Positions 8,699 through 17,233 of a DNA stretch of 64,000 nucleotides are shown here, in pieces. The notes beneath the pieces are model-generated. The model was given only the letters and a program-made list of their open reading frames with translations. It made no database searches and had not been told where the DNA came from. Position numbers and translations under genes: made by a program. The DNA is from an uncultured Candidatus Saccharibacteria bacterium (GTDB taxonomy: Bacteria; Patescibacteriota; Saccharimonadia; Saccharimonadales; Saccharimonadaceae), in NCBI GenBank assembly GCA_948435375.1, contig CAOJGQ010000001.1, positions 34,949-98,948 on the forward strand. The letters are read 5' to 3'. The first letter of the stretch is position 1. Every line of letters starts with the position of its first letter.

Positions 8699-9864
8699 AA
8701 ATTGCAATTGCTGGCACTGGCTATGTTGGTCTATCACTTGCCACCTTACTCAGTCAACAACATGAGGTCATGACACTCGATATCATACCAGAAAAAGCCG
8801 ACATGATTAATAATCGCATTTCACCTATCCAAGATCGTGAAATCATCGATTTTTTGAAAAACAAGCAGCTTAATCTTCATGCCACACTTGACTATCGCGC
8901 CGCCTTTCAGGATGCAAGTTTTATCATTATTAGCACCCCTACTAACTACGATGCCGAAAAAGAATACTTTGACACATCCAGTGTCGAAGATACGATTCAA
9001 AAAGCAATTTCCGTCAATCCTACCGCCACAATTATCATTAAATCAACAATCCCCGTGGGCTTTGTTCAGTCTATAAGAGCTAAATACGGCGTCGATAATA
9101 TCATTTTTTCGCCAGAGTTTCTCCGCGAAGGACATGCTCTATATGACAACCTATACCCTAGTCGCATTATTGTTGGCGATAAAACACCGGCGGCGCACGA
9201 ATTTGCCAACCTTCTCAAAGATGCCGCGCCCAAGGAAAATGTCCCTATCAAATTTATGAACCCCACCGAGGCAGAAGCGGTCAAGCTTTTTGCTAATACC
9301 TACCTTGCAATGAGAGTTGCGTATTTTAATGAGCTTGACACTTATGCTGAGATCAAAGGTTTAAGCACCAAGAATATTATTGATGGCATATCGCTCGACC
9401 CCCGTATCGGCAATCATTATAATAACCCCTCGTTTGGGTATGGTGGATATTGTTTACCGAAAGACAGCAAACAACTGCTTGCCAACTTCAACGGAGTTCC
9501 CCAAAATATTATTAAAGCCATCGTCAACGCTAACGAAATCCGCAAGCAACATATAGTCACCGAAGTGCTTAAACTTAATCCAAAAACCATCGGCATCTAC
9601 CGGCTAACCATGAAAAACGGTTCCGATAACTTCCGTTCCAGTGCCATCCAAGATATTATTCAAAATCTTCAGGCACAACAACGTGATATAATCATATACG
9701 AACCTGTATTAGAAGATCAAAATGAATTTAATGGATGTAAAGTAATCAAAGATTTCGATAATTTTATCAATAAGTCAGATATCATACTAGCCAACCGCAT
9801 CGATCGACAACTTCAGAATGTTCAAACTAAAATCTACACGAGAGATATATTTAATAAGGATTAA
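8695..9864 (+). CDS. ugd: UDP-glucose 6-dehydrogenase
   Basis: It has the Rossmann N-terminus MKIAIAGTGYVGLSLATLL. It also has EFLREGHALYDNLYPSRIIVG and the catalytic-Cys region GYGGYCLPKD. Confidence 0.9.
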   Translation: MKIAIAGTGYVGLSLATLLSQQHEVMTLDIIPEKADMINNRISPIQDREIIDFLKNKQLNLHATLDYRAAFQDASFIIISTPTNYDAEKEYFDTSSVEDTIQKAISVNPTATIIIKSTIPVGFVQSIRAKYGVDNIIFSPEFLREGHALYDNLYPSRIIVGDKTPAAHEFANLLKDAAPKENVPIKFMNPTEAEAVKLFANTYLAMRVAYFNELDTYAEIKGLSTKNIIDGISLDPRIGNHYNNPSFGYGGYCLPKDSKQLLANFNGVPQNIIKAIVNANEIRKQHIVTEVLKLNPKTIGIYRLTMKNGSDNFRSSAIQDIIQNLQAQQRDIIIYEPVLEDQNEFNGCKVIKDFDNFINKSDIILANRIDRQLQNVQTKIYTRDIFNKD

Positions 9865-9866
9865 TC

Positions 9867-11210
9867 ATGACTGCCAATAGAAAGTCTCAACCCCAAAAAG
9901 CCAAAGTACTCTATAATCTTTTGTTGAAACGTATCAAACATATCACAATCGAACAAGTCATCTATCTAATATTCGGAATTTACGTCTTCGCCACCATGCT
10001 AGACTATACCGTCATTCCAGAATTTTCCCCCTTGATCGACAAGTTCTTCAAACTCGTAAAATATTCCTGCTGCCTTATTTTTCTAGGCAAAGCATGCATC
10101 GACATCAAGCGGAGTGGAAAAATATCTCTATCTATCATGATTTTTGCCACCCTATCATTTTTGTCCTTCATCTTCTCCCATAACCGTAATCTTTTCCTTT
10201 TCTTTTGCGCGCTAACTGGACTACGTAAAATGAACACCACAAGGCTCATCAAAATCGCCTACTATATTTCAATCACGCTATTCCTGCTCACGATTAGCTT
10301 ATCTCTACTTGGCGCTATCCCAAATTGGACTTTTGCCAGAGCAGCCATAACTAGAAATGCTTTAGGCTTCATTTTTGCGACCGATTGTATCGGCATCTAT
10401 CTTTCTATTATTCTCATGTATTTCTATCTAAAGCGTTCCGACGCTAAGATCTTTGACATCATTCTCTTTGAAGTCCTCAATATCTTCCTCTACAAAGCTA
10501 CTGACGGCAGACTTAGTTTCATCCTAATTACAATTCTACTAGCAATACTCGCAATGGACAAATTTCTAAGGCTCGCTTACACCCGTCTTAAAAATCAACA
10601 CGCCTCCACAATAGCACATCTTAAGCAACAAATTCAGCAAAAAATCATACCAAAAAAACATCACTTACAGACAGCAATCAAAGTAATATGCTATATTTTA
10701 CCAGCAATACTATTTATAGCATTCAATACCTTGACTGTCGCCTACATGCATGATCCGCACAGCATGAGAAAAATTGATCGCCTATTTAGCTCAAGGTTAA
10801 GATATACTGCACAAGCTTACGAAAATTATCAAATTCCTATCTTTGGAAAAGACATAGTTTGGCAAGGATGGGGCGGATACGGCTACGCTGACGAAGTCAA
10901 CGTCGATAATTTCGAGTATAATTTTGTCGACAGTTCATACGCACGTTTAATCTTTGACTTCGGTATCATCTATACATTAGTCATCCTAGCCGCCTATACG
11001 TATTGCCTCACCTACTATTTAAAGAAAAAAGACTATTGGTCTCTCACTATAATCATTTTCATTCTAATTTGGTCTTTCATCGAGCCTTTTATGATCAATA
11101 TAACCAGAAACCCTTTAGCCCTACTATTAATACCTACGCTAGAACTAGGACCTAACTTATATCTCCAAAAAAAGAAAGGTAAAAATAGTCGAAATACTCC
11201 TATGTTATAA
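9867..11210 (+). CDS. Polytopic membrane protein, O-antigen polymerase/ligase-like (Wzy-like) by context
   Basis: 447 aa with ten or more hydrophobic segments and one larger loop. It sits between ugd and the LCP gene in a Wzx-containing locus. I recognised no diagnostic motif. Confidence 0.45.
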   Translation: MTANRKSQPQKAKVLYNLLLKRIKHITIEQVIYLIFGIYVFATMLDYTVIPEFSPLIDKFFKLVKYSCCLIFLGKACIDIKRSGKISLSIMIFATLSFLSFIFSHNRNLFLFFCALTGLRKMNTTRLIKIAYYISITLFLLTISLSLLGAIPNWTFARAAITRNALGFIFATDCIGIYLSIILMYFYLKRSDAKIFDIILFEVLNIFLYKATDGRLSFILITILLAILAMDKFLRLAYTRLKNQHASTIAHLKQQIQQKIIPKKHHLQTAIKVICYILPAILFIAFNTLTVAYMHDPHSMRKIDRLFSSRLRYTAQAYENYQIPIFGKDIVWQGWGGYGYADEVNVDNFEYNFVDSSYARLIFDFGIIYTLVILAAYTYCLTYYLKKKDYWSLTIIIFILIWSFIEPFMINITRNPLALLLIPTLELGPNLYLQKKKGKNSRNTPML

Positions 11211-11237
11211 TGATACACAAATTATAATATTTAGCTA

Positions 11238-12836
11238 ATGAAAATAGGAAACTACATGCCAGAAACTAAATCAAACCCCAACAACAAAACGGTCAACAAA
11301 AAACCAACTGACGCCAAAGCCAAAGCTCATACCAACCCCACTAAATCTCAAAAAAACATTGACCCGGAAACAAAATGCACCACTAAAAGATCCTCGCACC
11401 TGCACCTCGTCGGCATCGTAATTTCTACCATTCTTGGATTAACTAGTCTCATCTTCCTCGGCACGTTTATTTCGCTTAATTTATTACCGACACACTATTT
11501 AATTATCGTCGCTATTATCATACTCCTCATCTGTCTCGGTTTCAGCTTCCTAAACTGCCGCACCCAGACCAAAACCGTCATCCGTATTCCGATTTTTATC
11601 CTCTCGTTAGTGTTCTCTCTTTTGAATCTCTTCGCCACCTCCTATCTCATCAAAACTTCAGACTTCCTGAACCAGCTTAGCGGCCAATCCTACCTCACCG
11701 AAAAATACTACGTTATCGTCGAAAAAGACTCCGCCTATCAGAATCTAGCCGACCTAAAAGATAAAGAAATCGCCACTTTTGACGAACGCGTCCCAATTTA
11801 CCAAGAAGCGCTCGACCAGCTAAAGTCCAGCGTAGATGTGAACATTAACGAAGTTAAATCAATCGGCGACCTCTCTACAATGTTATCTAACCACACTTCC
11901 GACGCCATTTTCCTTAGCGCTGTCCACAAAGATGTTATCGAAGACAGCGACGCCAGCTTCGCCGATTCCACACGTATTGTCCACACCATCGAAATCCAAG
12001 TCGAAGCTAAAACTGACGCAGGCCAGCCAAATATCAATGTCTCTACTGAACCTTTCACCATCCTCATCAGCGGCTCCGATGCTTACGGCAATATTTCCGA
12101 CCGCAGTCGCAGCGATGTCAACATGCTCGCCGTCGTCAACCCTAAGACTCATACTGTCCTACTCGTATCCATCCCGCGCGATTATTACGTCCAGCTTCAC
12201 GGCACTACTGGTCTCCGCGATAAACTCACCCACGCCGGAATTTACGGTGTTCAAATGTCCGCCGACACTATCAGCGATCTACTTAACGTCGATGTTGACT
12301 ATTATGTCAAAGTTAATTTCTCCACTGTCGTCAACCTCGTCGACACTATTGGCGGCATCGAAGTCTATTCCGACCAAAAATTCGTCCCTTGGACTAATCG
12401 TAATATCACTATCCCCGAAGGGAACGTTCATATGGACGGCGCCACCGCTCTTGCTTTCGCCCGCGAGCGCAAATCTTACGCTACCGGTGATCGTCACCGC
12501 GTCCAGAACCAACAAGACGTCCTAAAAGCTATCATCGATAAAATCTCGCATTCTACCGTCATCCTTACTAAATATTCCGACATTTTAAGTGACATTTCGA
12601 ATTGTCTCGAAACCAACTTTGGCAAAGACGAAATCTCCGGTCTCATTCGCCTCCAGCTCCAGGATATGCCCAATTGGCAAATCTATAACTACAGTCTGGA
12701 TGGCTCTGATGCCCGCGAATATACCTATTCCATGGGTCAACAATCCCTCTATGTCATGATGCCCGACCAGAAGACCATCGAAGCTGCCCAGGGCTATATC
12801 AAAGCCGTCCTCGACGGGGAACCAGTCAACTTATAA
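11238..12836 (+). CDS. LytR-CpsA-Psr (LCP) family glycopolymer transferase
   Basis: The core ILISGSDAYGNISDRSRSDVNMLAVVNPKTHTVLLVSIPRDYYV...DYYVKVNFSTVVNLVDTIGGIEV...ALAFARERK is typical of LCP. It has a basic N-terminal tail and multiple TM helices. Confidence 0.85.
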   Translation: MKIGNYMPETKSNPNNKTVNKKPTDAKAKAHTNPTKSQKNIDPETKCTTKRSSHLHLVGIVISTILGLTSLIFLGTFISLNLLPTHYLIIVAIIILLICLGFSFLNCRTQTKTVIRIPIFILSLVFSLLNLFATSYLIKTSDFLNQLSGQSYLTEKYYVIVEKDSAYQNLADLKDKEIATFDERVPIYQEALDQLKSSVDVNINEVKSIGDLSTMLSNHTSDAIFLSAVHKDVIEDSDASFADSTRIVHTIEIQVEAKTDAGQPNINVSTEPFTILISGSDAYGNISDRSRSDVNMLAVVNPKTHTVLLVSIPRDYYVQLHGTTGLRDKLTHAGIYGVQMSADTISDLLNVDVDYYVKVNFSTVVNLVDTIGGIEVYSDQKFVPWTNRNITIPEGNVHMDGATALAFARERKSYATGDRHRVQNQQDVLKAIIDKISHSTVILTKYSDILSDISNCLETNFGKDEISGLIRLQLQDMPNWQIYNYSLDGSDAREYTYSMGQQSLYVMMPDQKTIEAAQGYIKAVLDGEPVNL

Positions 12837-12983
12837 CTCCAGAAATCCTAAATTACCCCTCAGTTCTTCCAAAAATCCCCAAAGTCCCCAATTTTTCCTA
12901 AAAATCTTCCAAAAAACTCTTCCCATTTAATCCACTTGTGCTATAATAGACCCAAATAGAGAGTGTATTTGGAGGTAAATAAA

Positions 12984-13589
12984 ATGCGTAGCCATTATTT
13001 TGGGCTATCTAGGCAAATCAACCGTCATCTCCGCCCGACGGTTCAAGGCACGAACTTGTCTATTCGCGCCATGCGTCTAGAAAATATCAATCCATTTCAT
13101 TGGTCGAAACGTACCGTGCGCGTTTTTACGGCACTATTCTTCATAACCATGCTACCGGTCTATCTTTTCATCGGTGTCCAACCAGCCATTTCCATCAACC
13201 ATGCCGGCCTGCCCGAACTTAGCATCTCGAGTATCCATCTTACTACACCAGTCGAACCGCTAGAACTTGCTGACCATCAGCTCATCGCTCCCGATCTAAT
13301 CGCTGGCAGCTACAGTCAAGCCGAGAACAAAATCTTGCTCATCGGTCACTCATCGTCCATCTTTAATGGCCTCAATCAGCTCCAAAACGGCCAAGAAATT
13401 GTTTACGCTAACGAGACTTATAATATCCGCTCTATCGAAACCACTCCGAAAGCCGAAATCAATATGTCCGAAATCCTCAGCGCCAGCGAAACTCCCACCC
13501 TCGTCTTAATGACTTGCGCTGGCGAGCCACTGCCCGACCAAGACGCCACTCATCGCCTCATTATTACGGCTGAAAAAGTAGCCGAATAG
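12984..13589 (+). CDS. Sortase-family transpeptidase
   Basis: GGAGG Shine-Dalgarno precedes ATG 12984. It has an N-terminal TM helix, His in LLIGHSSS, catalytic Cys in TLVLMTCAG and Arg in THRLIITA. Confidence 0.7.
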   Translation: MRSHYFGLSRQINRHLRPTVQGTNLSIRAMRLENINPFHWSKRTVRVFTALFFITMLPVYLFIGVQPAISINHAGLPELSISSIHLTTPVEPLELADHQLIAPDLIAGSYSQAENKILLIGHSSSIFNGLNQLQNGQEIVYANETYNIRSIETTPKAEINMSEILSASETPTLVLMTCAGEPLPDQDATHRLIITAEKVAE

Positions 13590-13614
13590 CCCCAACTAGG
13601 CTATAATTATACTT

Positions 13615-14607
13615 ATGAAAACCAAGACCAAAATCATTCTTATCGTTATTGTTGTTTTAGTTATTCTAAGCGGTGGAGCATTCATCGGTTGGAAATGGCT
13701 CCAAAAAAATGAGCCCCACGCCGAGACAATTGATCAAACTCCCGAAGAGCCCGCTGAAATCGTCCTTGATCCGGAATTTATTAATCTCCAACCAGTTGTC
13801 GATGAATGGCTCACATCCTACAATCATGGCAAAGTTTCCGTCATGATTTACGACCTTGATCATAATCAGATTGCCGCGAGCTATAACGCCGACGCTGTCA
13901 TGCTACCCGCTTCCGTCTATAAATTATTTTATGCCTATGATGCTTATCGCGAAATTGACGCTGGAAACGACGACCCGAACGAACTTTTTCTTGGCGACAA
14001 AACTTTGGGCGAATGCCTTGATCTCATGATGCGCGTCTCGCACAATCCTTGCGCCGAAGCGATGCTGGATGACCCAGTGCGTTCCGCCCGCGTCGCCAAG
14101 CTGATTACCGATCATGGCCTTACCAACACCAAATCTGACGCCCTCATGACTTCCGCGCGCGACGTCACTGAGTTACTAAAGCTTTATTATGCACACGAAG
14201 GCTGGTCCGATGAATCATGGGCCAAATGGCAAGATTCCACCCTCAATCAACCACCCGCCGAAGCCGGCGACTTTCGCCAAGGCTTACCCAGCGGCTTTTC
14301 GACCGCCAATGTTTATAACAAGGTCGGTTGGTCCGCCATCGGGGGGGGATGGGATATCTATAACGATGCTGCCATCGTCGAATTTCCTCTCACTACCGCC
14401 GAAGACGGCACTAAAACCAAAGGGCATAATTATATCGTAGTCCTCTTAACCCGCCAAACTTCTCATTTAGCTAATGCTGGACTGGGTGAAATGATCGAAG
14501 CCGCCGTCACCGGCGAAACCGTCAAAACGGAATTAGAACCAAGCGGGGAAGCTAACGGGGAAACTAACGAAGAAACAATTGTCGAGAAAGTCGAAGAAAA
14601 CAACTAA
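13615..14607 (+). CDS. Class A beta-lactamase-like / penicillin-binding serine hydrolase
   Basis: It has a signal anchor, the SxxK motif (ASVYKL), the SxN motif (VSHNP) and a KTG-like motif (NKVGWS). TATAAT at 13602-13607 lies 7 nt upstream of the ATG. Confidence 0.6.
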   Translation: MKTKTKIILIVIVVLVILSGGAFIGWKWLQKNEPHAETIDQTPEEPAEIVLDPEFINLQPVVDEWLTSYNHGKVSVMIYDLDHNQIAASYNADAVMLPASVYKLFYAYDAYREIDAGNDDPNELFLGDKTLGECLDLMMRVSHNPCAEAMLDDPVRSARVAKLITDHGLTNTKSDALMTSARDVTELLKLYYAHEGWSDESWAKWQDSTLNQPPAEAGDFRQGLPSGFSTANVYNKVGWSAIGGGWDIYNDAAIVEFPLTTAEDGTKTKGHNYIVVLLTRQTSHLANAGLGEMIEAAVTGETVKTELEPSGEANGETNEETIVEKVEENN

Positions 14608-14740
14608 ACTGTCATCAAAAGGGACAGATAACTAGACGGTGTACAACTAAACAGTCATGCAGTACAATCTCCAAAAACATCACCCAACTATAATGCTAGC
14701 ACTCCAATCCGACCACCAATAAACATCCGCGCCATCACAT

Positions 14741-15742
14741 CTAATAGGTTGAGAAATACTGACTCCAATAAGTCTTATACTGTGAACCCGGGTCAAAAAC
14801 AAAACCAATCGCTACTTTCTTAAAGTCTGGGTTTAAGATGTTCGCCCGGTGCTCGGGTGAATTCATCCACGATCTTACCACAGTCTCTGGCGATACGGCA
14901 GCGTTACCCGCATTTAAGTTCTCACCGCTCATTCCACCCGAGCCCGGGATGGGACAGGCGGTGGACCACGAAGAGCCGTCCGGGCGCGTGTGTGAATATA
15001 CACTCATAATCTCACGCGCCCGGACATTAGCCGCCTCCTCACAAGTTGAGCCCCATTCAAGCGCCGCCAAACCATTTTTCGCCCGTTCCTGATTCACTAA
15101 TGCCAAAACATCTCGCTTCCACTGCTCAACCGGCGGCGCAATCACCGTCACTGTCAATTTATCATGCCGTGCACCATCATAAGTTCCCGCCGTAATTTCC
15201 ACAGTTCCTGTCCCAACGATCGCCGGATAACGGCAACTTTCCGCATTATACCCCAACCAAGTCCGCGCCGCGCCATAAAACCCCGCAATCACATTTGTAT
15301 TACTTGTCTGCCAGTACATATCACCCAGCCCAGTCATACCACCACCCACACATATATCAAAATCCGCCGTCTGATAAATCGTAATTGCATCCTCATTCCA
15401 AAGTTGCCCATTCGGCACCGGATCCTTACTAATCCCTCCACTGCTCGCCGAACTTGATCCGGTTATTACCGGTTCACTTTTTTGACCTCCTCCGCTCAGC
15501 GTCGTCGTATTATTACCCGAAACTACCACGGGTGCTGTCAGCTCATCCAAGGCCGGAGCCACCAAACCCAACTCCTCCAGGGAACCACTCACCAGATCAC
15601 TTTTCTCCGAAACTACCTTAAAATCAATCCCCCCATTCAAATTAATCGCGCTAAAAATCATCACCCCCACGATCAAAATCGCTACCGCATTCAGCGACAA
15701 GAGCATCGCCATCTTGGTTCGTCTCAGAAGTCTCGCAGTCAT
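14741..15742 (-). CDS. Secreted or anchored CAP/SCP (YkwD-like) domain protein with an Ig-like middle domain
   Basis: The C-terminal part VLALVNQERAKNGLAALEW...AREIM...HTRPDGS...GENLNAG...SWMNSPEHRANILNPDFKKVAIGF is typical of the bacterial CAP domain. It has an N-terminal TM anchor. Confidence 0.75.
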   Translation of the reverse strand: MTARLLRRTKMAMLLSLNAVAILIVGVMIFSAINLNGGIDFKVVSEKSDLVSGSLEELGLVAPALDELTAPVVVSGNNTTTLSGGGQKSEPVITGSSSASSGGISKDPVPNGQLWNEDAITIYQTADFDICVGGGMTGLGDMYWQTSNTNVIAGFYGAARTWLGYNAESCRYPAIVGTGTVEITAGTYDGARHDKLTVTVIAPPVEQWKRDVLALVNQERAKNGLAALEWGSTCEEAANVRAREIMSVYSHTRPDGSSWSTACPIPGSGGMSGENLNAGNAAVSPETVVRSWMNSPEHRANILNPDFKKVAIGFVFDPGSQYKTYWSQYFSTY

Positions 15743-15764
15743 CTTTTACTCTTGCTCCACTACC

Positions 15765-17108
15765 TTAAGCACGCAAATGCTTCCCTGAGTCAATCACTGA
15801 CGCAACCAAATTAATAATCATCTCCAACTGAATCAAGTCGCGATGCTCCATAGTCGACTTTCCAAGCGGCTTACCAACGATAATCTGCCCAAACGGCTTA
15901 CCCTTCGCGTTATAGAGTTCTGCCACCGCCTTCAGATTCGTCTCATCCAAAATCTTCTGCACCGATTTCGTTGGCACTTGCCACATCCCATTTCGGCTTG
16001 TTGTCTTCATCTTTGCAATCTGGTCAATCTCATCGCGCGACAAAGACAGCGTCTTCGAACCATAAACGTGCCCGTTAATAATAAACCCAACGTAAGCAAA
16101 ATGTAGATGATCCGCCAAAAAACTCGCCAGTTCCCGTAAATCTAAATTCTTCGCTGCCAAACGATTCAACTTCTTAATTACATAGCCAATATCAACTTGA
16201 CCTACCGAAATTAAAGACTTAATCGACGAACTAACTTCGCTAATCACCGGCATTAGCATCAAAAGAATCGCAATCATCAAGAAGTTTAGTACTAAGACCG
16301 ACGCTGAAGGCTCCGAAGCTTTAAATAGCGAAGTAAAAATCAGATAGAACGTCAACATATATATAATCACCCCAATCGTCGCAATCACCCCATAGGCAAA
16401 GACCTGCAACCAACGCGAAGACATCCTCACTAAACGATATTTCAAAGTCGCATAAAAGAACATAATCATCACCACGCTTAACGACAACGGCCCAATCCAG
16501 ATCAACGAATAATCATACGGCGGGATAATCAAATCGAAAATCACCGCTAACGACCCAGCTACTAGAAAGCCGAAGAACAGTAAATAATTGCCTTTACGCG
16601 CATTCAATCTGCGTTCACGCTTCGCATTCAAAAACTGCGCAACCACAAATCCACCGTCCGTTATAATGAAGAACAAACAATAAGCAATATAATACCAACC
16701 CCAGTAAAGATCCACTGAATTACCCGCATTACTCAAAGTAATATCCGTATATAACACGCTTGGATCGTGCAAGAAAACCGCTGCCAAAAATATCGCGCCA
16801 AACATACAGAGAATTGTCAACACCTTACCAATCGTATAGCGCCACGCTGCATACCCTAGCGTCGCTACAGCAAGGAACATCGAACTAATATAAATCCCGT
16901 ACAATGCCCAAGTCAGAGTTTCGCCAGATGTTAATGGTAATACTCGAAACACACCAATCCCAGCTGTCCACATCGCACAACCTAGCGACATCGCAAAAAA
17001 CCACGCCATGCGCTTGCGGTCATTGTTTGAAGAACCAACCAACGACAAAAAGCCAGTCAGCAGACAAAGCACTGCCGTCGTGATCAACAAGATCGATATC
17101 AAATTCAT
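15765..17108 (-). CDS. Polytopic membrane protein (7-8 TM) with a C-terminal soluble GAF-like domain; sensor-like, no output domain
   Basis: 447 aa. The N-terminal ~290 aa are hydrophobic helices that resemble the 7TM N-terminal regions of sensor kinases. The ~150-aa C-terminal soluble domain has no kinase or cyclase motif. AGGAGG Shine-Dalgarno lies upstream. Confidence 0.4.
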   Translation of the reverse strand: MNLISILLITTAVLCLLTGFLSLVGSSNNDRKRMAWFFAMSLGCAMWTAGIGVFRVLPLTSGETLTWALYGIYISSMFLAVATLGYAAWRYTIGKVLTILCMFGAIFLAAVFLHDPSVLYTDITLSNAGNSVDLYWGWYYIAYCLFFIITDGGFVVAQFLNAKRERRLNARKGNYLLFFGFLVAGSLAVIFDLIIPPYDYSLIWIGPLSLSVVMIMFFYATLKYRLVRMSSRWLQVFAYGVIATIGVIIYMLTFYLIFTSLFKASEPSASVLVLNFLMIAILLMLMPVISEVSSSIKSLISVGQVDIGYVIKKLNRLAAKNLDLRELASFLADHLHFAYVGFIINGHVYGSKTLSLSRDEIDQIAKMKTTSRNGMWQVPTKSVQKILDETNLKAVAELYNAKGKPFGQIIVGKPLGKSTMEHRDLIQLEMIINLVASVIDSGKHLRA

Positions 17109-17179
17109 ATAACCTCCTAATTCTTATTCAAAGTATAACATATCTTTTCCAAGAAACGCAATAGCATTTTTATACGTTG

Positions 17180-17205
17180 ACACCCCGGCACAGAAACCGG
17201 GGTGT
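17180..17205 (-). terminator. GC-rich hairpin downstream of the 401-aa ORF
   Basis: A perfect 9-bp stem pairs ACACCCCGG with CCGGGGTGT around an 8-nt loop. The U-tract on the minus strand is weak. Confidence 0.45.
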
Positions 17206-17233
17206 ACAAAAATTGGAGCTAAAACTACAAACA

